A stretch of DNA of 64,000 bases from Squalus acanthias (taxonomy: Eukaryota), in NCBI GenBank assembly GCA_030390025.1, contig JASTWF010000121.1, positions 558,001 through 622,000 of the forward strand, in the 5' to 3' direction. A program made the position numbers and the translations under genes. Positions within the stretch are counted from its first letter, which is position 1. Each line of letters starts with the position of its first letter. Below are positions 48,289 through 60,500 of the stretch, in pieces. The notes under the pieces are model-generated. The model saw only the letters and a program-made list of their open reading frames with translations. It did no database searches and was not told the origin of the DNA.

Positions 48289-50151
48289 CGTTTGCCGGCA
48301 CTCCCGATCCCTGGTGGCCCAGCTGGGCCCCGAGACACACTACGCCAGGCCCCTCACCTTTAATCAGGGGAGAAAGGCCTGCAGTACCGCGGCGTGATGT
48401 GCCGCAGCGCTTGGCACATCGCAGCTTCCAGTCGCGCCCCTCCACCCTCTCGGGGCGCTACTGGGTAAATTGGCCGTGGGGGCGCTAACTTTTTCGGGGC
48501 CCCAAAGGGGGCGCTACCCAATTTTTACCCCGTAGTGTCCTGGCATTCCCACTAGGAATCCCGGGGTTTCTTTGTTATGGAGAAGGAGGAGGACGAGGAG
48601 GTGGATCGGGGAGATTGAAGGATTTTAGAGTGAGGCATCACAAAAAGACATTTGTTCACTGCACCCAGAGACCCAATCACTAGGGCTTGCAGACCAAGAA
48701 GGTTTCATCTAGTCTTCTCTGGATGTCAGTGAACGCTGTGCTTCCCTCCCCAGAGAGCTTTGGGCTGATAGGTCACCTGCTATCTGAAGACCGACAGCCC
48801 ATTTTACCAGAAAAACACTGTAGCTTTGAAAGTCACCACTACCTTGAATTTCTCTGTAACTGGATCCTTGCTCTGTGCTCTGTAGACATCAGGAAGCCGA
48901 GCCCTGCTCACGGGTATTTGCCAGCATGTGTCTAAATGCTGATGAAATGTTTACTGTTAGTAAAGGACGGACAGTCTTAGTGGATCTGAACTAACATTAA
49001 AAACATAAAGACATTCCAGTACACGCCCTGAGAACTATTTTTAAACTTTATTTTTGAAATGTGAAATGTGTCTTTGCACAGGTTGCAATTATACTGCAGT
49101 GACTGTGAAGTGAAAGTAGTGTGAAAGCACACAGAGCCAAGGCGAATCCTCAATTCAGTGGTTCGGGGGCAGTTCTCCTGCACACGTTGCATTGCTTTGA
49201 TGCTGAAATCACAATAAGGGACAGAATCCAACACAAGTTAACTGGATCAGATTTGCCATGATCTGTGTGTTATAAAGAAGTCCACTCTTTCTCAAAGTAT
49301 GACGGGCTCTGCGCTTATTGGGTTGAGTAGATCAGAGTAAAGTCGCGATCCTGAACTCCCGGGAGAAAGTTGCACAAAGGGAACTCGATGGGAAGACTGG
49401 GACTAGTGTTCACACCTTGTCCCCAACCCAAGCTCCCTTTGTGCACAGCTCCCACTGTAGGGGTTTTTCTCACTCTTTTTTTGGTATGAGAAGTAAGAAT
49501 CAACCGAGGCTGAAATACTTTTCTAAATTAACTGGTTTATTGACATTAACACACAACAGTTTCACAGATAAAGATGCTTACAACCTTATCCGGGTGTCTA
49601 ACTCGGAAGCAAGGGCCCTCACTCCTTCTCGGAGACTGAGGGTTAATTCTTCATTGCTGTCATCTTTCAACTGCTTCTTGTTCTAACTCCTAGAAATGGC
49701 TGTAAAATGGCTGGTTTATATTCTCTTGCTGGTGTTTATGGCAGTTTCTCACAGTTCCCAAGGTCCAGCCAGACAGCTGTCCTTTCTCTAACCTCGGTCT
49801 TAGCTCCCCAAAAGCACAGCAAGTTTCTTGAACAACACTTTCCCTTCCACAGCCTGAAGGAATAATAACATGCTTGAACTTGGTCAAGCTTCCCAGCGTG
49901 CCTTCTGGTTTTGGTCAAGTTTAACAGTTCTGTGTTCTTTCCTCTATTGATATGAAATTCTGCTCTTCTAGCAAGTGATCCAGCGTTTCAAGCCCATCCT
50001 TTTAATCTTCCTTAAAAGCTGGTATTAAAAGTCCATTTTGAAAAGTCCCAAATCCTTCACCACCAAGAGCGTGAGCATTACAGCATTGTACTGTGGTAAA
50101 GATGCAGTGAATGAATCTCTTATGTTTATCTGATGTGTGCCATTTATTTAG

Positions 50152-50195
50152 GACCACTGATGAAGACCAGAACACTGTATCCGCAACGCTGAATG
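50152..50195 (+). CDS. Cytoplasmic exon 1 (44 bp)
   Basis: tttatttAG acceptor, GTAGGT donor, phase 2/1. Reads (G)TTDEDQNTVSATLN and bridges the phase-2 TM exon to the phase-1 next exon. Confidence 0.68.
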
Positions 50196-50599
50196 GTAGG
50201 TAAACCAATTCAATGGTTATTGCAACATGTGCTGGGAATTACTCTCAATCCCAGATGTCCCTTTGTGCTGTCAGGTTCATGATGTCATTAACCTGCTATT
50301 AATTAGACCAATTCATTTGTCTGATTGACAAAATGAATCATGAAATGCTGGAAACTTCCATCCCACGATCCTATCAGAGTGAAGGTGTGAGGAGGTGATA
50401 GGAGGCTTCCCCTTGCCTTGTGGCTACAGGTTGAAGTGTCCCCTCAGGATGGCAATGCTGCAGAGACATTGACCCCAAAATGCACGAGCCTCCAGGCACA
50501 GAAGGCCCAGGACACAGGACACAGGACACAGCCTCCCGGAATCCACCAGCACATAGAACCACACTTTTGTAGGTCTGATATTGTCACTTCTCAGGGCAG

Positions 50600-51005
50600 C
50601 TGCTTGGAACAGAGGAGGTGAAGAGGTGACCTAATAGAGGATTTCAAGATGATGAGAGGTTTGGATTGAGTAGATCGAGAAAAACTCTTCCCTCTGGCGA
50701 GTGGGTCAATAACCAGAGGTCACAGATTTAAAATCATTGGCAAAAGATCTGGAGGGGAGATGAGGAGAGATGTTTTCACTCAGAGAGTTGTGGGGATCGG
50801 GAACGCTCGACCTGAGAAGGTGGTGGAAGCTGATCCCATCAATAATTTGAAAAGGGAGTTGGACGGGTTCTGGAGGATGAGGCACTGACAGGGTTACGGA
50901 CAAACAGCGGGGGTGTGGGACTGAGCACCACTGCTCTTTCAAAGAGCCAGCACAGGCACGATGGGCCGAATGGCCTCCTTCTGTGCTGTAAGATTCTATG
51001 ATTCT
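50600..51005 (+). mobile_element. CR1 3' fragment
   Basis: agaggtgacctaatagagg...gattctatgattcta tail. Confidence 0.8.
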
Positions 51006-51197
51006 ACAATGAAGGTTATAATGGAGTGCAGCTAATGAAGAGTGGTCCTCGTATCTCCCACCAGCTGCACTCCTATAATGTAAAACTGCCCCGAGTGATC
51101 CCGCAGTATTATTTTTCATTCGCCATCTTCCCATGTTTAAAGAGCTCGACCTGTGCACGGATCGATTCTGAAGGAACATCATTGTATTTTCTTTCAG

Positions 51198-51241
51198 ATC
51201 AAACACGGACCAGCAACCAAACAGTCGCTTCTCCTGTCATG
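51198..51241 (+). CDS. Cytoplasmic exon 2 (44 bp)
   Basis: ttttctttcAG acceptor, GTAAGG donor, phase 1/0. Reads (D)QTRTSNQTVASPVM. Confidence 0.75.
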
Positions 51242-51496
51242 GTAAGGGATCGGGTCTCAGCTGCTGTTTGTGCTGAATGTTCAACACACTTCAGGTTTAC
51301 TAAAATATTCCAAAGCATGAAACACATCTATTGAACAGGAGGAACTTGATATGAAATATTACCAATCATTCCTTGTAACAAATGTAATGTGTCTGTGTTA
51401 TTCAACAGGGGCTGAAAGAAAATAATCAAAGATCAGAAGCTCACATAAATAATTTGCCTTATTTATTATCTGACTACAGGTTAAATGTACGGAGAT

Positions 51497-51938
51497 GTCC
51501 ACGGTGGCATAGTGGTTAGCACTGTTGCCTCTCAGCGCCAGGGACCCGGATTCGAATCGGGCCTCGGGTGACTGTCTGTGTGGAGTTTGCACATTCTCCC
51601 CGTGTCTGCGTGGGTTTCCTCCGGGTGCTCCGGTTTCCTCCCACAGTCCAAAAATGTGCAGGTTAGGTTGATTTGGCTATGATAAATTGACCCTTAGTGT
51701 TAGGGGGGGATTAAATATGTGGGGTTACAGGGATAGGATGGGATATGTTAGGGGGAATTAAATATGTGGGGTTACGGGGATAGGGTGGGATATGTGTCGG
51801 TGCAGGCTCGATGGGGATTCTGTGTGAGAAAGCAGGGACAGGGTACTGGATTTGGATGATCAGCCATGATCGTATTGAATGGTGGAGCAGGCTCGACGGG
51901 CCGAATGGCCTACTCCTGCTCCTAGTTTCTATGTTTCT
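51497..51938 (+). mobile_element. HE1-like V-SINE
   Basis: Near-identical to 34564-34993, including the internal duplication. Confidence 0.88.
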
Positions 51939-52711
51939 ACTGTGCCCGGGAAATTCTCTCACACATTGCAAGATTGAGGCCACAGACAGCTTGGGGGCGA
52001 TTTTCGCCCAATACTTTGAGGTGGCCAATTTGAGACCTTAAGCTGAAAGGTCGGTTTGGCCCGCGGTTAGTGCAAGACTTGGTGTCGGAGTTGTAGCCAG
52101 TGATAGGAACGGCCGCCCGGAGGATCACGAAACAGCTGATTGCCACTTAAAGTGCCTGCTAGCGCTCAGGAAAGAGGCTGCACGGCCTTTTTGGTAGCTC
52201 GCACTTCAACTAAAGCCCTCTCCTAACAGCGACTCGCTATTTGGGAGTAAACACGGCATTGATGTCGATTTCAAGCACAACTTAAAGGGATACTCACCAT
52301 TTAAAGGGATACTCACCATTTAAAGGGATACTCACCATTTCATGGTCATTGCTGCTGGAGCTGTGACGAGGACCTCTGAAACACATCGGGAGTCTTTCTG
52401 GGAGACTTTGTCAAGACTTCACCAACACTCCAGCAACATTTATTCCGGAAATACTCTGAGGACTTCACCTAAAAAGAGTCAGTGCTGTGCTAATCCAGCT
52501 TATTGGACAACTTATAGGCGTCACCAGGAGAATGGGAGTGCTTGGTCATCGGCATCTTGCTAGGGGTTGCCACGGAGGAAGACATGAGGCCAGGCGGCGG
52601 CTACAGGAGAGAGGGACAGTAGTGCGAGGTGGTGTCCTTCCCCCTGTGGGTTCAGGAAATCCCTCCTCCTCTAGACCACCTTCTCCAGGATCTACAGTAC
52701 CGCATCCGAGA

Positions 52712-53895
52712 ACCTGAGCCCTCTCCCACGGTCCCTGAGCCCTCGGTCCCTGAGCCCTCTCCCTCGGTCCCTGAGTCCTCTCCCTCGGTCCCTGAGCCCT
52801 CTCCCTCGGTCCCTGAGCCCTCAGTCCCTGAGTCCTCTCCCTCGGTCCCCGAGTCCTCTCCCTCAGTCCCTGAGTCCTCAGTCCCTGAGTCCTCTCCCTC
52901 GGTCCCTGAGCCCTCTCCCTCGGTCCCTGAGTCCTCTCCCTCGGTCCCTGAGCCCTCGGTCCCTGAGTCCTCTCCCTCGGTCCCTGAGTCCTCTCCCTCG
53001 GTCCCTGAGCCCTCTCCCTCGGTCCCCGAGCCCTCTCCCTCGGTCCCTGAGTCCTCTCCATCGGTCCATGAGCCCTCTCCCTCGGTCCCTGTGTCCTCTC
53101 CCTCGGTCCCTGAGTCCTCTCCCTCGGTCCCTGAGTCCTCTCCCTCGGTCCCTGAGTCCTCTCCATCGGTCCATGAGCCCTCTCCCTCGGTCCCTGTGTC
53201 CTCTCCCTCGGTCCCTGAGTCCTCTCCCTCGGTCCCTGAGTCCTCTCCCTCGGTCCCTGAGCCCTCGGTCCCTGAGTCCTCTCCCTCGGTCCCTGAGTCC
53301 TCTCCCTCGGTCCCTGAGTCCTCTCCCTCGGTCCCTGAGTCCTCTCCCTCGGTCCCTGAGCCCTCGGTCCCTGAGCCCTCGGTCCCTGAGCCCTCGGTCC
53401 CTGAGCCCTCTCCCTCAGTCCCTGAGCCCTCGGTCCCTGAGCCCTCAGTCCCTGAGTCCTCTCCCTCGGTCCCTGAGTCCTCTCCCTCGGTCCCTGAGTC
53501 CTCTCCCTCGGTCCCTGAGTCCTCTCCCTCGGTCCCTGAGTCCTCTCCCTCGGTCCCTGAGTCCTCTCCCTCGGTCCCTGAGCCCTCAGTCCCTGAGTCC
53601 TCTCCCTCGGTCCCTGAGCCCTCTCCCTCGGTCCCTGAGTCCCTGAGCCCTCTCCCTCAGTCCCTGAACACTCGGTCCCTGAGCCCTCAGTCCCTGAGTC
53701 CTCTCCCTCGGTCCCTGAGCCCTCTCCCTCGGTCCCTGAGTCCCTGAGCCCTCTCCCTCAGTCCCTGAACACTCGGTCCCTGAGCCCTCAGTCCCTGAGT
53801 CCTCTCCCTCGGTCCCTGAGTCCTCTCCCTCGGTCCCTGAACACTCGGTCCCTGAGCCATCTCCCTCGGTCCCTGAGCCCTCTCCCTCGGTCCCT
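52712..53895. repeat. 21-bp minisatellite CCCTGAGTCCTCTCCCTCGGT, with interspersed shorter variants
   Basis: Direct reading. Confidence 0.95.
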
Positions 53896-55374
53896 AAAGC
53901 CTGAAAATTGAGTGCTTTTCAAAAAGGCGTGTCTTATTAGCACAGCACACATTTAGTGGCAGTTTTCACCCTTTTGGCCAAAATAACCCCCATTGACTTG
54001 TGAAGGTTGTAGTTAGATAATTTTCTCAAATTCATCAGCTCATGGATCTGTGATCAAGCTGTCAAATTTGTTAAACATATTTTGGGCATCTTTAAGTTTT
54101 CAGCTCATTCTACCTGGCCGGATATTGCGGTCAGCGGTGAACTTGCGTACAGACTTTCTATGGGCTCGTGCACTGGAACTTGCTGTGATTAGAAAGCCAT
54201 TTCAGCGCAGCGCCCTCTACAGAGCAAGCAACTGTGTGCCTCTTTAACCAATCAGATTGAAGAATCAGTACTGAGCCGTGCAGAGTCTGAACCAGGAAGT
54301 GTCAGTTAACAATATTTCATTCAATGCCAAATCATGTACAGAGAGGGAAAGAAAGATGGGATTAAGAGAGAGAGATAAAAGAGACAAAGAAAAAGTAAAA
54401 AAAGTTATTCCTTTTTATGTTTTTTAAATCTCCAACAATAATTAAAGGCTGAAGCAATGAGACTTCACACGTGTAAAAGTTAATTTTCAGTGCTGGAGAG
54501 GTTGTTTGGCTGTAATTAAGACTTACCACGCTGTTAAAAAATTACTTACACTGGAATGGACAAGCCCTAACTTGTTCTGGTGATTTTAGTTTGTATTTAT
54601 AAGGTAAGTACAGCAATTCACGCCGGTCCATATGTTTCAATGGTGAGTCTCTCGGTGAGATAGCGGTGTAGCAAAGCTTCTGGAGGAGCAGGGCATCTCG
54701 GACGGCAACTTCCTGATTTCCGCGTATGTGTGGTCGCCGGAGGTTGCTCTCCAATTTACACTTGAATTACGGTGAGCGCTGATGGCCTGACCGTTATTTC
54801 TACCGCAAATTCCTCAATGCAAACCGACTGCACCAGTTGCCATTGTGTTTGTGTGCAGTCTGTGGAAACTCTTACACAGTCTCACATCCCCATTGTGAAC
54901 TGAACATCAATTTGGTCTTTGAAAATGTAGTTAGTTCCTTTTATGTAACAGGTTGTCTACAACATGTCCCATTGCATGTAATGCCATCAATGACTGTAGA
55001 CTCCTCACTATAATGGAGCAGGTTAATTGTGTTGTACTTTAAATTTCATAACATTTCTCCATTGTAGAAAGTACAGAAGCTGTTTTACAGAATGTGCGTG
55101 TAGTATCTGTGAAACGTGTAACCTTGACAGAAAATTCATCCATTTAAGGAATTTGTGGCTAAAATATTCCTTTCGAGCTTGCTGCAAGAAGCTGGAACAT
55201 ACAGACCAGCCATGGTTCAGGAAGATTCAATCTCTGCTCTGCTCCGAGTTAGCTGATCCCAGCTGGGGTAGAGACAGGCATGTTACAATCAGCCTCAGTA
55301 CCGTAGATTAATTAAGGGAAAATGAGCCAGAGTTAAAAACTCATTCTTGATGGCTATCGAGCAATCCTTAGGTG

Positions 55375-55835
55375 TCTCCCATGGCTCAGTGGCTAGCACT
55401 CTCACCACTGAAATAGAAGGTCGTGGGTTCGAGTCCCCACTCCGGAGACTTGAGCACTAAATCCAGGCTGACACTCCAGTGCAGTGCTGAGGGAGTGCTG
55501 CACCGTCGGAGGTGCTGTCGTTCGGATGAGATGTTAAACCAAGGCCCTGTCTGCCCTCTCGGGTGATCGTAAAAGATCCTATGGCACTATTTCGAAGAAG
55601 AGCAGGGAGTTCTCCCCAGTGTCCTGGCCAATAGTTATACCTCAACCAACATCACTAATGTAAATTAACTGGTCATTATCACCTTTCTGTTTTGTGGGAG
55701 CTTGCTGTGCGCAAACTGGCTGCTGCGTTTCCTACATTACATCAGTGACTACACTTCAAAAGTACTTCATTGGCTGTAAAGTGCTTTGGGATGTCCTGAG
55801 GTCATGAAAGGCGCTATGTAAATGCAAGTCTTTAT
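55375..55835 (+). mobile_element. Full-length DeuSINE (SacSINE1-like)
   Basis: tRNA-like head with A/B boxes (tggctcagtgg...ggttcgagtcc), Deu core, and L2-type tail aaaggcgctatgtaaatgcaagtc. Confidence 0.85.
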
Positions 55836-56039
55836 TTCCCTCTTTCCTTCCTTCCTTCTTTTCTTCCCCTTCGTTCCTTCCCTTTTCTGTTTTCGACTTT
55901 GGATAATGGCTGGATCAGGCTCGCTTGTGATGGTCTCAATAAAATAGCCAGCCGATATTCATCATTAAAGCTCACGGGTGAATAATGGCCATCAGAGTGA
56001 CCAGCGCCAATAAAAGCACATCCCAGCAACCAATCAATA

Positions 56040-57113
56040 TCTTCCCGAGTTCCACCAGGACCACTCGTTCCTGACCTCATTACAGCCTTGGTCCAAATCA
56101 TGGACAAAAGAGCTGAATTCCAGAGGCGAGGTGAGAGTGACGGCCCTTGACATCAAAGCAGCATTTGACCGAGTGTGACATCAAGGAGCCCCAGTAAAAT
56201 TGAAGTGGGGATGTTCGCTAATGATTGCACAGTGTTCAGTTCCATTCGCAACCCCATAGATAATGAAGCAGTCCATGCCCGCATGCAGCAAGACCTGGAC
56301 GACATTCAGGTTTGGGCTGATAAGTGGCAAGTAACATTCGCGCCACACAAATGCTAGCCATTGAATATTTCCAAAAAGTGTGAGTCTAACCACCGCCCCT
56401 TGACATTCAACGGCATTACCATCGCTGAAACACAACCACCGACATCCTGGGGGTCACCATTGACCAGAAACTTAACTGGACCAGCCACATAAATACTGTG
56501 ACAACAAGAGCAGGTCAGAGGCTGGGTATTCTGCGGCGAGTGTCTCACCTCCTGACTCCCCAAAGCCTTTCCACCGTCTACAAGGCAGAAGTAAGGAGTG
56601 TGATGGAATAATCTCCACTTGCCTGGATGAGTGCAGCTCCAACAACACTCAAGTAGCTCGACACCATCCAGGACAAAGCAGCCCGCTTGATTGGCACCCC
56701 ATCCACCACCTTAAACATTCACTCCCTCCACCACCGTCACACCGTGGCTGCAGTGTGTACCATCTACAAGATGCACTGAAGATACTCTCCAAGGCTTCTT
56801 CGGCAGCACCACCCAAACCCGCAACCTCAACCACCTAGATAGACAAGGGCAGGAGGCGCATGGGAACATCACCAGCTCCAAGTTCGCCTCCAAGTTACAC
56901 ACCATCCTGATTTAGAAGTATATCGCCGTTCCTTCATCATCGCTGGGTCAAAATCCTGGAACTCCCTCCCTAACAGCACTGTGGGAGCACCTTCACCACA
57001 CGGACTGCAGCGATTCAAGAAGGTGGCTCAACACCACCTGCTCAAGGGCAACTAGGGATGGACAATAAATGCTGGTCTTGCCAGCGACACCCACATCCCA
57101 TAAACAAATAAAA
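56040..57113 (+). mobile_element. CR1/L2-group LINE 3' fragment
   Basis: DIKAAFDRV, MFANDCTVF and QQDLDDIQVWADKWQVTFAPHKC RT motifs; an older copy lies at 63290-64000. Confidence 0.82.
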
Positions 57114-57290
57114 GAGGAAACCAGCAAAAGAGAAGAAATCATTCAGCTTACAAAAATACACGCAACTAATGTATTTGCAACAGTGATTTATCGAAGAAAT
57201 AAAAATAAATAATTCAATCTATTCACCAGCAGGCAATCTTTCACAACATATACGAAATAGCCAATGGCTGATGTTTTTATTGTATTGCAG

Positions 57291-57407
57291 TTGGATGAGG
57301 TAGAAATCCATTATGCTGTGCTTCAACTCACTCGACAAGGCACCGTGCAGCCGAAAGTGACAGTTACTGAAGGTACCTCAGAGTATGCAGCTGTGAAACG
57401 TACATAA
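57291..57407 (+). CDS. Terminal cytoplasmic exon with ITIM and ITSM-like motif
   Basis: tttttattgtattgcAG acceptor, phase 0. Reads LDEVEIHYAVLQLTRQGTVQPKVTVTEGTSEYAAVKRT*; IHYAVL fits (I/V/L/S)xYxx(L/V) and SEYAAV is a C-terminal ITIM/ITSM-like motif. Confidence 0.88.
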   Translation: MDEVEIHYAVLQLTRQGTVQPKVTVTEGTSEYAAVKRT

Positions 57408-57477
57408 TCACCTGAAGTTCGTCAAAAAGGTCATTCAGTAACTGTGCCAGATGTCAATCAAAGAGGCACACAAACAT

Positions 57478-57483
57478 AATAAA
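57478..57483 (+). terminator. Candidate polyadenylation signal AATAAA for the receptor gene
   Basis: Located 70 nt after the TAA stop. Confidence 0.5.
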
Positions 57484-57530
57484 CATGTAATGTCGACAGG
57501 CCCAGGGTCCCATACAAATATAGAGCGCAT

Positions 57531-60500
57531 GTCCAGACACTCCCGGACCCTGATATTACTGGACAGTCCGACACTCCCGGACCCTGATATTACCGGACAG
57601 TCCGATACTCCCGGACCCTGATATTACTGGACAGTCCGACACTCCCGACACTGATATTACCGGACAGTCCGACACTCCCGGACCCTGATATTACCGGACA
57701 GTCCGACACTCCCGGACCCTGATATTACCGGACAGTCCGACACTCCCAGACTCTGATATTACCGGACAGTCCGACACTCCCAGACCCTGATATTACCGGA
57801 CAGTCCGACACTCCCGGACCCTGATATTACCGGACAGTCCGACACTTCCGGACCCTGATAATACCGGACAGTCCGACACTCCCGGACCCTGATATTACCG
57901 GACAGTCCGACACTCCCGGACCCTGATATTACCGGACAGTCCGACAATCCCGACACTGATATTACCGGACAGTCCGACACTTCCGGACCCTGATAATACC
58001 GGACAGTCCGACACTTCCGGACCCTGATATTACCGGACAGTCCGATACTCCCGGACCCTGATATAACCGGACAGTCCGACACTCCTGGACCCTAATATTA
58101 CCGGTCAGTCCGACACTCCCCGACCCTGATATTACCGGACAGTCCGACACTCCCGGACCCTGATATTACCGGGCAGTCCGACACTCCCAGACCCTGATAT
58201 TACCGGACAGTCCGACACTCCCGGACCCTGATATTACCGGACAGTCCGACACTCCCGGACCCTGATATTACCGGACAGTCCGACACTCCCGGACCCTGAT
58301 ATTACCGGACAGTCCGACACTCCCGGACCCTGATATTACCGGACAGTCCGACACTCCTGGACCCTGATATTACCGGACAGTCCGACACTCCCGGACCCTG
58401 ATATTACCGGACAGTCCGACACTCCCGGACCCTGATATTACCGGACAGTCCGACACTCCCAGACCCTGATATTACCGGACAGTCCGACACTCCCGGACCC
58501 TGATATTACCGGACAGTCCGACACTCCCGGACCCTGATATTACCGGACAGTCCGACACTCCCGGACCCTGATATTACCGGACAGTCCGACACTCCCGGAC
58601 CCTGATATTACCGGACAGTCCGATACTCCTGGACCCTGATATTACCGGACAGTCCGACACTCCCGGACCCTGATATTACCGGACAGTCCGACACTCCCGG
58701 ACCCTGATATTACCGGACAGTCCGACACTCCAGGACCCTGATATTACCGGACAGTCCGACACTCCCGGACCCTGATATTACCGGACAGTCCGACACTCCC
58801 GACCCTGATATTACCGGACAGTCCGACACTCCCGACCCTGATATTACCGGACAGTCCGACACTCCCGGACCCTGATATTACCGGACAGTCCGATACTACC
58901 GGACCCTGATATTACCAGACAGTCCGACACTCCTAGACCCTGATATTACCGGACAGTCCGACACTCCCGGACCCTGATATTACCGGACAGTCCGACACTC
59001 CCGGACCCTGATATTACCGGACAGTCCGACACTCCCAGACTCTGATATTACCAGACAGTCCGACACTCCCAGACCCTGATATTACCGGACAGTCCGACAC
59101 TCCCGGACCCTGATATTACCGGACAGTCCGACACTTCCGGACCCTGATAATACCGGACAGTCCGACACTCCCGGACCCTGATATTACCGGACAGTCCGAC
59201 ACTCTCGGACCCTGATATTACCGGACAGTCCGACAATCCCGACACTGATATTACCGGACAGTCCGACACTTCCGGACCCTGATAATACCGGACAGTCCGA
59301 CACTTCCGGACCCTGATATTACCGGACAGTCCGATACTCCCGGACCCTGATATAACCGGACAGTCCGACACTCCCGGACCCTAATATTACCGGACAGTCC
59401 GACACTCCCCGACCCTGATATTACCGGACAGTCCGACACTCCCGGACCCTGATATTACCGGGCAGTCCGACACTCCCAGACCCTGATATTACCGGACAGT
59501 CCGACACTCCCGGACCCTGATATTACCGGACAGTCCGACACTCCCGGACCCTGATATTACCGGACAGTCCGATAGTCCTGGACCCTGATATTACCGGACA
59601 GTCCGACACTCCCGGACCCTGATATTACCGGACAGTCCGACACTCCCGGACCCTGATATTACCGGACAGTCCGACACTCTCAGACTCTGATATTACCGGA
59701 CAGTCCGACACTCCCGGACCCTGATATTACCGGACAGTCCGACACTCCCGGACCCTGATGTTACCGGACAGTCCGACACTCCCGGACCCTGATATTACCG
59801 GACAGTCCAGACACTCCCGGACCCTGATATTACCGGACAGTCCAGACACTCCCCGACCCTGATGTTACTGGACAGTCCGACACTCCCGGACCCTGATATT
59901 ACCGGACAGTCCGATACTACCGGACCCTGATATTACTGGACAGTCCGACACTCCCAGACACTGATATTACCGGACAGTCCGACACTCCCCGACCCTGATA
60001 TTACCGGACAGTCCGATAGTCCTGGACCCTGATATTCCCGGACAGTCCGACACTCCCGACACTGATATTACCGGACAGTTCGACACTCCCGACACTGATA
60101 TTACCGGACAATCCGATACTCCCGGACCCTGATATTACTGGACAGTCCGACACTCCCGGACCCTGATGTTACCGGACAATCCGATACTCCCGGACCCTGA
60201 TATTACCAGACAGTCCGACACTCCTAGACCCTGATATTACCGGACAGTCCGACACTCCCGGACCCTGATATTACCGGACAGTCCGACACTCCCGGACCCT
60301 GATAATACCGGACAGTCCGACACTCCCGGACCCTGATATTACCGGACAGTCCGACACTCCCGGACCCTGATATTACCGGACAGTCCGACACTCCCGGACC
60401 CTGATATTACCGGACAATCCGAGACACCCGGACCCTGATATTACCGGACAGTCGGACACTCCCGGACCCTGATATTACCGTACAGTCCGACACTCCCGGA

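Noticed and set aside
46641-48488. Long repetitive ORFs (PGSPLQCRALLYSAGLSST)n; likewise those at 15380-16386
   Set aside because: Translations of tandem repeats with no splice or domain support.
49270-50062. Second solo LTR
   Set aside because: Composition is LTR-like, but I could not define TG...CA termini with a TSD.
52629-53747. 372-aa (SSPSVPE)n ORF as a mucin-like stalk exon of the receptor
   Set aside because: It is a translation of a 21-bp minisatellite, open in several frames on both strands, and lies between cytoplasmic exons downstream of the TM.
54952-55021. Additional cytoplasmic exon (taacAG...cagGTTAAT)
   Set aside because: In the phase required after exon 51198-51241 it reads VVYNMSHCM-stop. 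It is open only in phase 2 and has a weak donor, so it is unsupported without RNA data.
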